Assembly (NCBI RefSeq): GCF_009834535.1
Contig: NC_045696.1
Coordinates: 47,184,001 to 47,248,000, forward strand
Direction of reading: 5' to 3'
Source of the DNA: Camelus ferus
Taxonomy: Eukaryota
DNA length: 64,000 nt
Part shown: positions 13,001 through 25,000 of the stretch, one piece after another
How the letters are laid out: the number at the start of each line of letters is the position of its first letter
Position numbering within the stretch: position 1 is the first letter of the stretch
The notes under the pieces: generated by a model
What the model saw: only the letters and a program-made list of their open reading frames with translations
Databases searched by the model: none
Told to the model about the DNA's origin: nothing
Translations under genes and position numbers: made by a program

Positions 13001-16000
13001 TCTTGCTTCTGGCAGCATTGACCTTGTGGGTTCTTGCTGAAGTGAGAAATGTGGAGGAGAAGGAGGAGGAGGAGGGAGAATCTGATAAACAGTTCATTCA
13101 CTGGCGCAGGCTCTGGAGGCATGGACTCCATTTTGTACCACATATTTTCCTACCATACATATAGTCAACCCTCAGTGAACACTAGGATGAATCATTTAAA
13201 AATATAAGCATCTCCTGGGATGGTGCCTGTTAATGAGGGTTGTGGCAAAGGCTCACCAGGAGCAGCAGCCTCCGTCTCAAGCAGTGCTACCTCCCATGCA
13301 TGAGAACCACCATTTCCCTGGGACTCCAATGAAGCCATCTTCTGTTTGAGGATGAATGGAAGTTTTATGCAAAGCAAGTAGATGTCATAGCTCAAAATGT
13401 AACAATTAAACCACTGAGAAGGGAAAAACATTGTTTCTTCCGGGTCTTCTCCATTTCTTCAAGTTTGGTGGCCCCAAACTTCTAATAAATATGAGGCCCT
13501 CTAGCAAATTAATTTCCAAATTGGTCAGGAAGAAAGTAATCATGTTCTGCCCTGTAGCATCAATTGTCCTATATTGTACAGTAAATGGTTTGAGTCAGTT
13601 GCCCTGACTCCGAATGTTAGTACTCCAACCTCTTCCTCTTCAGATGTTATCAATTCTGCCTTCCTCTCTTTTACATCTGACACTTTCTTACTATTTCCAC
13701 TTCAGCTATCCTGATTCAGGGCCTCTTTCTCCTCTGCTGTAATAGCTTCTTAACTGCGATAACTCTAGCCTTTCTGCCCATCCAAACCCAGCACACAAAC
13801 TCACCAGATTAAAACATAAGCATCTCTGACTACCCCATTGTCCCGTGCAGAACACTCTTTGGCTTCCCATTGCCTAAATACAAGTTAGAAATTCATTAAA
13901 ATCTTTCACAATCTGATCCTCCTTTTTAACTTCTAGATCCTTCCTTCTGTATAGTCTAAGCTCCAACTAGATTTTGAAACGTGCCCATTGCTTTCCTGTT
14001 TGTCAGCTTTTGCTCTTGCCCGCCCCTCCACCTGCTCACTGTCTTCCTCTTCTCACCTGCCAAAATCATATCCATTTTTTCAGATCCAGCTGAAATTATG
14101 TCCCCTTCCCACCAGGCCCTCCTAGACTCCTGCAGGCAGAGGTGACCTCTGCTCTCCTAAATTCTGTGGGCTTTTGTCTGTGCCTTTGCCACATTTACCC
14201 TGACACATATTTTTACATTTATTAGACTTACAAATCTCCTTCTTGACTGCATACTTCCTAAGGGCAAGTGCTATTTATAACAAATGCTTAAGTTTTCCAC
14301 AGCACTTAATTCAAAGTTATATATGCAGCAGTCCAGTATTAAGGTCCAACATGATGGGTGCTTTGACATCAGGGGAAATACAGGAGAGCCTCAAATGACC
14401 TAATCTTGGGCACCGCCCCCCTTCCCCCCATCTGTGCTGTCATGGTTTGGGTCTTCTAGCAAAGCAGCCCTCTTTATCATGGGAACAGGCACAGCACCTA
14501 CTTCTTCTTGAGTAATGGGTTTCACTTCCCTGCCAACCCACGGAATTGTTCAAACAAGCCAATTACACCCTCCAGTAGGAATCAATGGTCATCTCACCCT
14601 ATTATTTACTACAAAGTCTACCTCCCACAGCTCTTGCTTATTCATTCTGCTCCCAAGTGCAACCGCCATGTGGCCTCATGCGGCATACAGTGTCTTCGTC
14701 ACCCAACCCCCCAGGCTGTGAGTATATGTGACTAATGAGCTGCTGTCCATCTCATCTGTCCAATGTCAGGTTCATACCTTCATCTATCCCCATAGCCCTA
14801 GGATAGGAATCCCTCCCTCACCACTGGGGTGAGAAGGAAGCAATCAAAACAAGTAGCTGCTAAATAAATGTATCTATTTAATTAAAAAACTAATACAAGT
14901 TTTGATCTTAATATGGAAGCCACCTAAATGTCCATCGACAGATGAATGAATAAAGAAGATGTGATATATATATAAAGGAATATTACTCAGCCATAAAAAA
15001 GAATGAAATAATGCCATTTGTAGCAACATGGATGGACCTAGAGACTATTATACTAAAAGAAGTAAGTCAGAAAGAGAAAAACAAATTACCATATGATATC
15101 ACTTATACATGGAATCTAAAATATGATACAAATGAATTTATTTACAAAACAGAAAGGGACTAACGGACAGAAAACAAACTTATGGCTACCAAAGGGGAAA
15201 GAGGTGGAGGAGAGATAAATTAGGAGTTTGGGATTAGCAGATACAAACAACTGTATATAAAATAAACAAACAGCAAGGTCCTATGGTATAGCACAGGGAA
15301 CTATATTTAATACCCGGTAATAAACCATCATGGAAAATATGAAGAAAGAATATATATATGTATAACTGAATCACTTTGTTGTACACCAGAAATTAACACA
15401 TTGTAAATCAACTATACTTCAATAAAAATTAAAAAATAAAAAAATTTTAAATAATTTTTTTAAAGTTTTGATCTTAAGACAATGTTTCAATTATACCCTA
15501 AGTTCCTTGAGTGCCAGGATGATGCCTCTGGTTTGTATTTCTCACAACCCTTAACATAGTAGGTCCTGAGGAGACTAAAATCTAGGTCTTCAACAAATTG
15601 TATTAAGTAATTAACTGATAGGTGAACACTAAGACATACAGGTTTGAGTTTTGGGACCTGGGCTGCTTTGCTGTGGGCAGAAAGTAACAGCTGTGAACAA
15701 AAAAACATGGAGTTACATGTTTGAAGAAAATATTCATGTGCATACAAGGGATAACAAGATATTAATGATTCATTTAAAAATAAAAACATAAGAATTAGCA
15801 TATCCAAAGAACTCTATTTGGGAGGCGACAACACTCACTGCCAAGATGCTATCAGGATTTAAATACAAAACAGAAACAGACTCATAGACATAGAATACAA
15901 ACTTGTGGTTGCCAAGGGGGCAGGGGATGGGAAGGGACAGACTGGGATTTCAAAATTTATAGATACTGACAGGCATATGCAGAATAGATAAACAAGATTA

Positions 16001-19000
16001 TACCGTATAGCACAGGGAAAGATATACAAGATCTTGTGGTAGCTCATAGTGAGAAAGAATGTGACAATGAATATATGTATGTTTATATATGACAGAAAAA
16101 TTGTACTCCTCTGGAATTTGACACAACATTGTAAAATGATTATAACTCAATAAAAAATGTTACATAAATAAATAAAAGTAAAGGAAACTAAATGTTAAAA
16201 AATAAATAAAACAAAAATGAATCAATTTTGACATTAGTAGGACAAAGATGAAAAAGACTGATAATATCTAATTTGGTTAAGGGAAGTATACACTGGGACA
16301 TTCTTACTAGAAGGTGCTGAAGGAATTAAAAGAGATAGTGTTTAGAGATATAAAATATGTTAAAAATGAAATTGAAGCTATAAAGAAGAGCCAAGTAGAA
16401 TGGGTAAACTCATTGACAGAGATGAGGAATGATCTAATAGCTGTGCAAAGCCGACTAGATAATGCAGAGGAACGAATTAGTGATCTAGAAGACAGGGCAA
16501 TAGAAAGCACCCATTCAGAAGAACTACAAGAGAAGCAAATAAAAAATAATGAAAATAGCATAAGGGACCTATGGGATAATATAAAGCGTCCCAATCTTCG
16601 CATAATAGGGGTCCCAGAAGGAGAAGAAAGATCAAAGGGGATTGAAAAGGTTTTTGAAGAAATCATGACTGAAAACTTCCCAAACTTAAAGAAGGAATCA
16701 GATATCCAAGTACAGGAAGCTCAGAGGGTCCCAAACAGGAAGAACCCAAATAGACCCACACCAAGACATATCATAATCAAGATGGCCAGAGTCAAGGATA
16801 AAGAAAGGATTCTAAAGGCAACAAGAGAAAAGCAAAGAGTAAGTTACAAGGGAACCCCCATAAGGCTCTCAGCTGATTTCTCTACACAAACACTACAGGC
16901 CAGAAGGGAGTGGCAAGATATATTCAAAGCCCTGAATGGAAAAAAGATGCAGCCTAGGATCCTTTATCCAGCAAGGCTATCCTTTAGGATAGAAGGAGAA
17001 ATAAAGAGTTTCACAGACAAAAAAAAGCTGCAGGAGTTTAGCAACACTAAACCCATGCTAAAAGAAATATTGAAAGGGCTATTCTAAATAGAAAAGCAGC
17101 AGGATGCTACAGAAATGAGAAACTCACAACTGGAAAGGTGATAACTCATGAATTACAAATAAAGTAAACATGAAATTATAAAAGAAGACATACAAATCAC
17201 TGAGAGTGGGAGAGGGAGGCAGGGAAATATAGAATATCTTTTTCTTTCTTTTTTAAATTTTTTTAACAGTAGGATGGGTTTGAGATCATGTTACTATCAG
17301 TTTAATAAAAACAGTTATAGTAATGGGTTGACAGATTTACAAAAAAGGGTAACCACAAGCCAAAAATTTACAAAGGAGTCACAAAAATTAAATAAAATCC
17401 ATGATATTACAAAGGAAAATTACCAAACCACAAAAGGAAGAAGAAAGGAACAAAGAGGATATACCAATTCAACTGCAAAGATAAGTTCAAAATGGCAATA
17501 AACACACATCTATCATTAATTAGTGTAAATGTTAATGGACTAAATGCTCCAGTCAAAAGACACAGAGTGGCAGACTGGATAATAAAGCAAGAACCTTCAA
17601 TATGCTGCATACAAGAGACCCACTTTAGGGAGAAGGACACATATAGATTGAGAGTGAAAGGATAGAAAAGGATATTCCATGCAAATGGAAAAGCCAAAAA
17701 AGCAGGTGTTGCAGTACTGATTTCAGACAAAATAGACTTTAAAACAAAGGCCATAAAGAAAGATAAAGAAGGACATTTTATAATGATTAAAGGAGTGATA
17801 CAAGATGAGGATATTACACTCGTTAATATATATGCACCCAATATAGGAGCACCTAAGTACATACAAGAATTACTAACAGAGATAAAGGGGGATATTGATG
17901 GGAATACAATCATAGTTGGAGATTTTAACACTGCATTAACATCACTAGACAGATCTTCCAGACAGAAAATAAACAAGGCAACAGAGAAATTAAATACTAC
18001 AATAGAAAAACTAGATTTGGTGGATATTTTCAGAGCATTACACCCCCAAAAAATAGGATATACATTCTTTTCAAGTGCACATGAAACATTTTCCAGGATC
18101 GATCATGTACTTGGGCACAAAAGAAACCTCAACAATTTTAAGAAGATAGAAATTATCTCAAGCATCTTTACTGACCACAATGCCATGAAACTGGAAATCA
18201 ACAACAGAGAAACAAAGGAGAAAAAGAGGACAGCATGCAGATTAAACAATATGTTATTGAAAAAACAATGGATCAATGAGGAAATCAAAGCTGAAATTAA
18301 AAAATACCTTGAGACAAATGAGAATGAAAGCACAACCACTCAAAACCTATGGGACACAGCAAAGGCAGTGCTAAGAGGGAAGTTTATAGCGATACAGGCC
18401 TTCCTCAAAAAAGAAGAACAATCTCAAATAAACAATTTAACCCACCACCTGAATGAATTAGAAAAAGAAGAACAAAAAGCCCCAAAAAGCAGCAGAAGGA
18501 AGGAAATAATAAAGATCAGAGGGGAATTAAATACAATAGAGATTAACAAGACCATAGAAAAAAATCAACCAAACCAAAAGCTGGTTTTTTGAAAAAGTAA
18601 ATAAAATCGACAAACCTCTGGCCAAACTCACAAAGAAGAAAAAAGAGAGAGCACAAATTAGCAAAATAAGAAAGGAAAATGGAGAAATTACAACAAACAA
18701 AATAGAAATACAGAATATCATATGAGAATATTATGAAAAACTGTATGGAACCAAACTGGATAACCTAGAGGAGATGGACAAGTTTCTGGAAACATACTGT
18801 CCACCAAAACTGAATCAAGAAGAATCTGAACACTTGAACAATCCGATCACTAGAAAGGAAATAGAAATAGCAATTAAAAACCTCCCTACAAATAAAAGTC
18901 CAGGACCGGACGGCTTCACCGGGGAATTCTACCAAACATACAAAGAAGAACTCATACCAGTCCTTCTCAAACTCTTCCAGACGATTGAAAAGGAGGGAAT

Positions 19001-22000
19001 ACTCCCAAACTCATTCTATGAAGCCACCATCACCCTGATGCCAAAACCAGGCAAAGACACTACAAAAAAAGAGAATTATAAACCAATATCACTGATGAAC
19101 ATAGATGCCAAAATCCTCACCAAAATTTTGGCAAATACAATCCAACAACACATAAAAAAGATTATACATCATGACCAAGTGGGGTTCATCCCAGGGACAC
19201 AAGGCTGGTTCAACATACGCAAATCAATCAGTGTAATACATCACATCAACAAGAGAAAGGACAAAAACCACATGATCATCTCAATCGATGCAGAAAAAGC
19301 ATTTGATAAAATTCAACACCCATTTATGGTAAAAACTCTCGCCAAAGTGGGTATAGAGGGTGTATCTCAACATAATAAAAGCTATATATGACAAACCTAC
19401 AGCCAGCATAGTACTCAACGGTGAAAAACTCAAAAGCTTCCCACTAAAATCTGGGACAAGACAAGGATGCCCACTATCACCACTCCTATTCAACATAGTC
19501 CTGGAAGTCCTAGCCACAGCAGTCAGGCAAGAGAAAGAAATAAAAGGGATCCAAATTGGAAAAGAAGAGGTAAAAGTGTCATTATATGCTGATGACATGT
19601 TACTATATATAGAAAACCCTAAAAGGTCCACACAAAAGCTACTAGAGCTGATTGAAGAATTCAGCAAGGTAGCAGGTTACAAAATTAACGTTCAAAAATC
19701 AGTTGCATTTCTTTACACTAACGATAAATCAACAGAAGAAGAAAGTAAAGAAACAATCCCCTTTAAAATAGCACCCAAAGTAATAAAATATCTGGGAATA
19801 AATCTAACCAAGGAGGTGAAAGAATTATACACAGAAAACTATAAACCATTGATGAAGGAAATTAAAGAAGACTTTAAAAAATGGAAAGATATTCCATGCT
19901 CTTGGATTGGAAGAATCAATATTGTTAAAATGGTCACACTGCCCAAGGCAATCTACAGATTTAATGCAATCCCTATCCAATTACCCAGGACATATTTCAC
20001 AGAACTAGAACAAATCATAATAAAATTTATATGGAACCATCAAAGACCTAGAATTGCCAAAGCATTACTGAAGAGAAAGAAAGAGGCTGGAGGAATAACT
20101 CTCTCAGACTTCAGACAATACTATAGAGCTACAGTCATCAAGACAGCATGGTATTGGTACCAAAACAGACATATAGACCAATGGAACAGAATAGAGAGCC
20201 CAGAAATGAACCCACAAACTTTTGGTCAACTCATCTTCGACAAAGGAGGCAAGAATATACAATGGAATAAAGACAGTCTCTTCAGCAAATGGTGTTGGGA
20301 AAACTGGACAGCAGCATGTAAAACAATGAAGCTAGAACACTCCCTTACACCATATACAAAAATCAACTCAAAATGGATTAAAGACTTAAACATAAGACAA
20401 GATACAATAAACCTCCTAGAGGAAAACATAGGCAAAACATTATCTGACATACATCTCAAAAATTTTCTCCTAGAAGAAATAAAAGCAAGAATAAACAAAT
20501 GGGACCTAATGAAACTTACAAGCTTCTGCACAGCAAAGGAAACCAGAAGTAAAACAAGAAGAAAACCTACGGAATGGGAGAAAATTTTTGCAAGTGAAAC
20601 CGACAAAGGCTTGATCTCCAGAATATATAAGCAGCTCATACGACTCAATAAGAAAAAAATAAACAACCCAATCCAAAAATGGGCAGAAGACCTAAACAAG
20701 CAATTCTCCAAGGAAGACATACAAATGATCAAAAAGCACATGAAAAAATGCTCAATATCACTAATTATCAGAGAAATGCAAATCAAAACTACAATGAGGT
20801 ATCACCTCACACCAGTCAGAATGGCCGTCATTCAAAAATCCACAAATGACAAATGCTGGAGAGGTTGTGGAGAAAGGGGAACCCTCCTACACTGCTGGTG
20901 GGAATGCAGTCTGGTGCAGCCACTATGGAAAACAGTGTGGAGATTCCTCAAAAGACTAGGAATAGACTTACCATATGACCCAGGAATCCCACTCCTGGGC
21001 TTATATCCAGAAGGAAATCTACTTCAGGATGACACCTGCACCCCAATGTTCATAGCAGCACTATTTACAATAGCCAAAACATGGAAACAGCCTAAATGTC
21101 CATCAACAGGTGACTGGATGAAGAAGATGTGATATATTTATACAATGGAATACTACTCAGCCATAAAAACAGACAACATAATGCCATTTGCAGCAACATG
21201 GATGCTCCTGGAGAATGTCATTCTAAGTGAAGTAAGCCAGAAAGAGAAAGAAAAATACCATATGAGATCGCTCACATGTGGAATCTAAAAAACAAAAACA
21301 AAAACAAACAAACAAACAAAAACAAAGCGTAAATAAAGGACAGAAATAGACTCACAGACAGAGAATACAGACTTGTGGTTACCGGGGGGTGGAGGGTGGG
21401 AAGCGATAGACTGGGATTTCAAAATTGTAGAATAGACTACACTGTATAGCACAGGGAAATATACACAAAATGTTATGATAACTCACAAAGAAAAAAATGT
21501 GACAATGAGTGTGTATATGTCCATGAATAACTGAAAAATTGTTCTGAACACTGGAATTTGATACAACATTGTAAAATGATTATAAATCAATAAAAAATGT
21601 TTAAAAAAATGAATCAGTTTTGACATTAGTAGGACAAAGATGAAAAAGACTGATAATATCTAATTGTGTTAAGGGAAGTATACACTGGGACATTCTTATT
21701 AGAAGGTGGTTGGAAAGAGCTCCACAATGTACTAGATACAAATCTAAATATGTAAACATATTAAATATATGTGTACGTTCTCCCTTTTGGTCCAGAAATT
21801 TAATTTCCCTTTGGAGAATTTATATTATCCTATTCTAATATGTGCATAAAGATACATACAAAGATGTTCATTGTATCATGGTTTACAATGCCAGAATTTT
21901 GGAAGGATACTAAATGCCCACTAACAAGAGGTTGGTTAATAAAATCATGTTAATAGAGTGAATATTATGCAGCTGGTAGCCTTAAAATAATGACGTATAT

Positions 22001-25000
22001 AGATGCATGGCTGTGGAAAGAACTCCAAAATTATTATCAAATAAATAAAAGGGTATTAATCAAAAATAAAAAGGCTTTAAAATATTTTAGAACCTCCAGT
22101 GTGATATCTGACTCCTTTGGCTATTGGCGCATGGAAACTTCCTGTTGTCTGACCATGTAATGCCATATAGAAACAATCACAAGTTTATTCAGGCCAAGTC
22201 AGACAAATAAAGCAAAAAATGTGACCAAGCTAGGTAATACAGTTGGACTCAAAAACAGTTAAGATGATCAGTATTGAAGTTACTTTTCTTTCAAAAATAG
22301 TAAAAAATCTAAAAATTTCTCCCAATCCCCATCTTATGAGGGGCTTTTTCCAAAAGGGCTGAATTATTCAAATAAGGAGGTAGCCTCCCAAGGTGACTAC
22401 ACTGAAGGGGCAACAGCTTTCAAATATATAATTTTGGATGTATTTGTTTAAAAAATAGTAAGAATAATTTCTTTACCAATACCTATATAAAATCATAAAT
22501 ATGTAATCATATTTAATACTTTAATATGTAAATTATTGATGCTCAAGTTCTAAACAAGCTAGAATATTTCCAGTAATTAGATAAGTGTGAGCTAATCCTA
22601 TAATAGATTTGTTCACTGCATATATATAGAAGGAGGTCATTGTACACTTGAAGACCAAATCAACAAAGTTGGTGTTGAAATACATTTTTTAGCTTGATAT
22701 AAACTTTTTTGTAAACATAAAAACATGAGAATATTTTTAAATTTTATTTTTTACTTAAGTGTAATTGATTTTGATTTACAATGTTAGTTTCAGTTGTACA
22801 GCAAAGAGATTCTGTTATATATATATATATACACACACATACACACATACATATATTTTTCAGATTTTTTAAATTATAGCTTATTATGAGAAACTGAACA
22901 TAGCTCCCTGTGCTATACAGTAGGACCTTCTTGTGTATCTGTTTTATATACAGTAATAAAACAAAATTTTTATGTCTGAAAATCTCTCTTTTCCTTATAT
23001 ATACACGCAGATCCATTCTATGAGACATTTTATATGTACTGATGTATTTTAGTTCTTTTGAATTTTGAAAACTTCCCATGATGCATTCTGTTTCAAGGAG
23101 TAAGTTTGACCATTAATATTTACTACAAATTTTCTTCACATAGCCTGAGCAAACGCAATGATCTTTTCAACATATAGAATCATTTCAAGAAAGGTTTTGG
23201 TGTTCTGCATTTGCCTGACCTCAACATCTTTGAAATCACTCATAGAAAACCAAAAACTTGTCTTTTCCTTCTATCATCTGGTCATTTTTTTTTCTCATTT
23301 TATCATATCAATAGACAGTACAACAGGAAATTACATTCATGTTGCTAGTGTCTTATTTAGAATAACTTTGATTATATCACATAAACAAGACTTCACATCA
23401 ACTACAAATCATTAATAACATTCACAGACTTCTCAGGATCTGAATAATGTCTGCATCTCACTTTCCTGCCTGAAAACAGTATCTTGCCATTGTTAGAGTA
23501 AGTAGCCATTGCAGCTGACAATTGCCCAAAATTAAATCTGTCCCTGTAAGGGGCTCCAGTTCTTTTGTTTCATTTCTAATTAGAAAACTGTAGCTTTAAC
23601 AATGTCATCCAACATTTACCAGATCATGATTGGGTCATTATTATCATTATTTTTAATCAGCTCACAAGTTGGTTCATTATCATCATTTTTTCAATCAGTC
23701 TGTCCTCCCCGCAGGAAGTTCACAGGTTATAAGACAAAGAAAATCAATGTGATGTCCACTCCCATTAGGAATTATGGCTATTTTCAAGGAAGATGTAGTT
23801 TCATCTAAAGTCGAACAAATAAAATTGATGGGACAGTGATTGATAAAATCTGGGCCCCACAAAGGACAGTGAGAGGCCAGTCACCGTAACCCCTTCCTGA
23901 CAAGGCGGCTGAGAATCAAATGTGACAGCAAAGGGTGGCTTCCCAGACCTGTGTCCAGAATTCACTGCAATCCACAGTTATAGCAAGACACTAGGGGCAT
24001 GGAGCTGCTCCCTTGAACAAAGCCACAGAGAAAACCATACTGATTTCTCCCAGCAAATCCGGTTAATCTTTCCCAGAGCACATGAAAAGATTTCAGTGTG
24101 CAGGAACATCATTGAATTCAGAAACCATACACTGCAGCTAATTTACTAATAAGCCATGGAGTATTGTCATAAATTACTTAAACTAACTGGTACTTGTCCA
24201 ATTAAATGAACAAACTACATCCTGCAAGGTAGTGGCCTTGAGGATTTAGGGTAGTTGTTTGTTTGCATGCTAATTTGCCAGATTTCGTTAGGCTGCTCTG
24301 GGTCTACTCATTCACCTTATGTTAATGAGCCAGGCCCTACAGTGTTCATATTTTCAGCTCTGTGTTTTCCCAGTCAAGAGCATGACCATTTTTAATCTCG
24401 ACAAGCTTCCTCACGCATTAACAGCCGAGGCCGTGCGTAAGCAGCACACGCGCAGCGACAGCGTGAGTTAGAGATGATGGAGGAGGGTAACTGACGTGAG
24501 AGCTTAGTTAGGATGCTACGCATGCCGCGCAGAAAAACCATTCAGAGAAAATGTGCACCACTCTCCTGCCCTGTTTCCCATCCCCTTGACAGAGCCTGGG
24601 TCTTGACAGGGATCAACATGGCAGGCAAGGACAATTCCCCTTCAACAAAAACGGATGAGGAGAGAAGCACACGTTACCTTCTCAATGAGATCTATGCAGG
24701 CTTGCAAATCCAGGCCAAAGTCAATGGCCACCCAGTCAATGCCTTCTTTCCTATATTCTTCTTGCTCCAATACCAACATGCGCTGATTAAAGAACTGTTG
24801 TAATTTTTCATTGGTAAAATTAATACAAAGTTGTTCAAGGCTGTTATACTTCAAAGTTGTGATTAGGTAGGAAGAAGAGATAAAAATAAAATTGAGAAAA
24901 TGGTAACTATTTGAGGTGACAGATATGTTAATTACCTTGATTGTGGTATTTCACAATGCATATGTGTACCAAATCATCAAGCTGTGCAATTTAAATATAC

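Larger units (their letters stand above)
16317..21604 (+). mobile_element. Young 5'-truncated LINE-1 (~5.3 kb), intronic and antisense to MYH15; inactivated
   Basis: Begins inside ORF1; has ORF2 with endonuclease, RT (YADD) and C-terminal CCHC-type region, a 3'UTR, AATAAA and a short A tail; flanked by 104-bp direct repeats. Confidence 0.97.

Noticed and set aside
15861..16316. A ~455-bp segmental duplication (L1 3'UTR + flank) or assembly artefact as the source of the 104-bp repeat
   Set aside because: The two L1 3'UTRs differ by many substitutions and ~30 nt of indels while the 104-bp flanks differ at only 4 sites, so only the flank was duplicated; 4 mismatches also argue against a simple assembly duplication
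16307..20786. Minus-strand ORFs 16307..16666, 17407..17976, 19281..19667 and 20226..20786
   Set aside because: Antisense shadows of the A-rich L1 ORFs; F/L/S/I-biased with no independent coding signal
16314..21288. Active, retrotransposition-competent L1
   Set aside because: No 5'UTR or ORF1 start; ORF2 has three premature stops and two frameshifts
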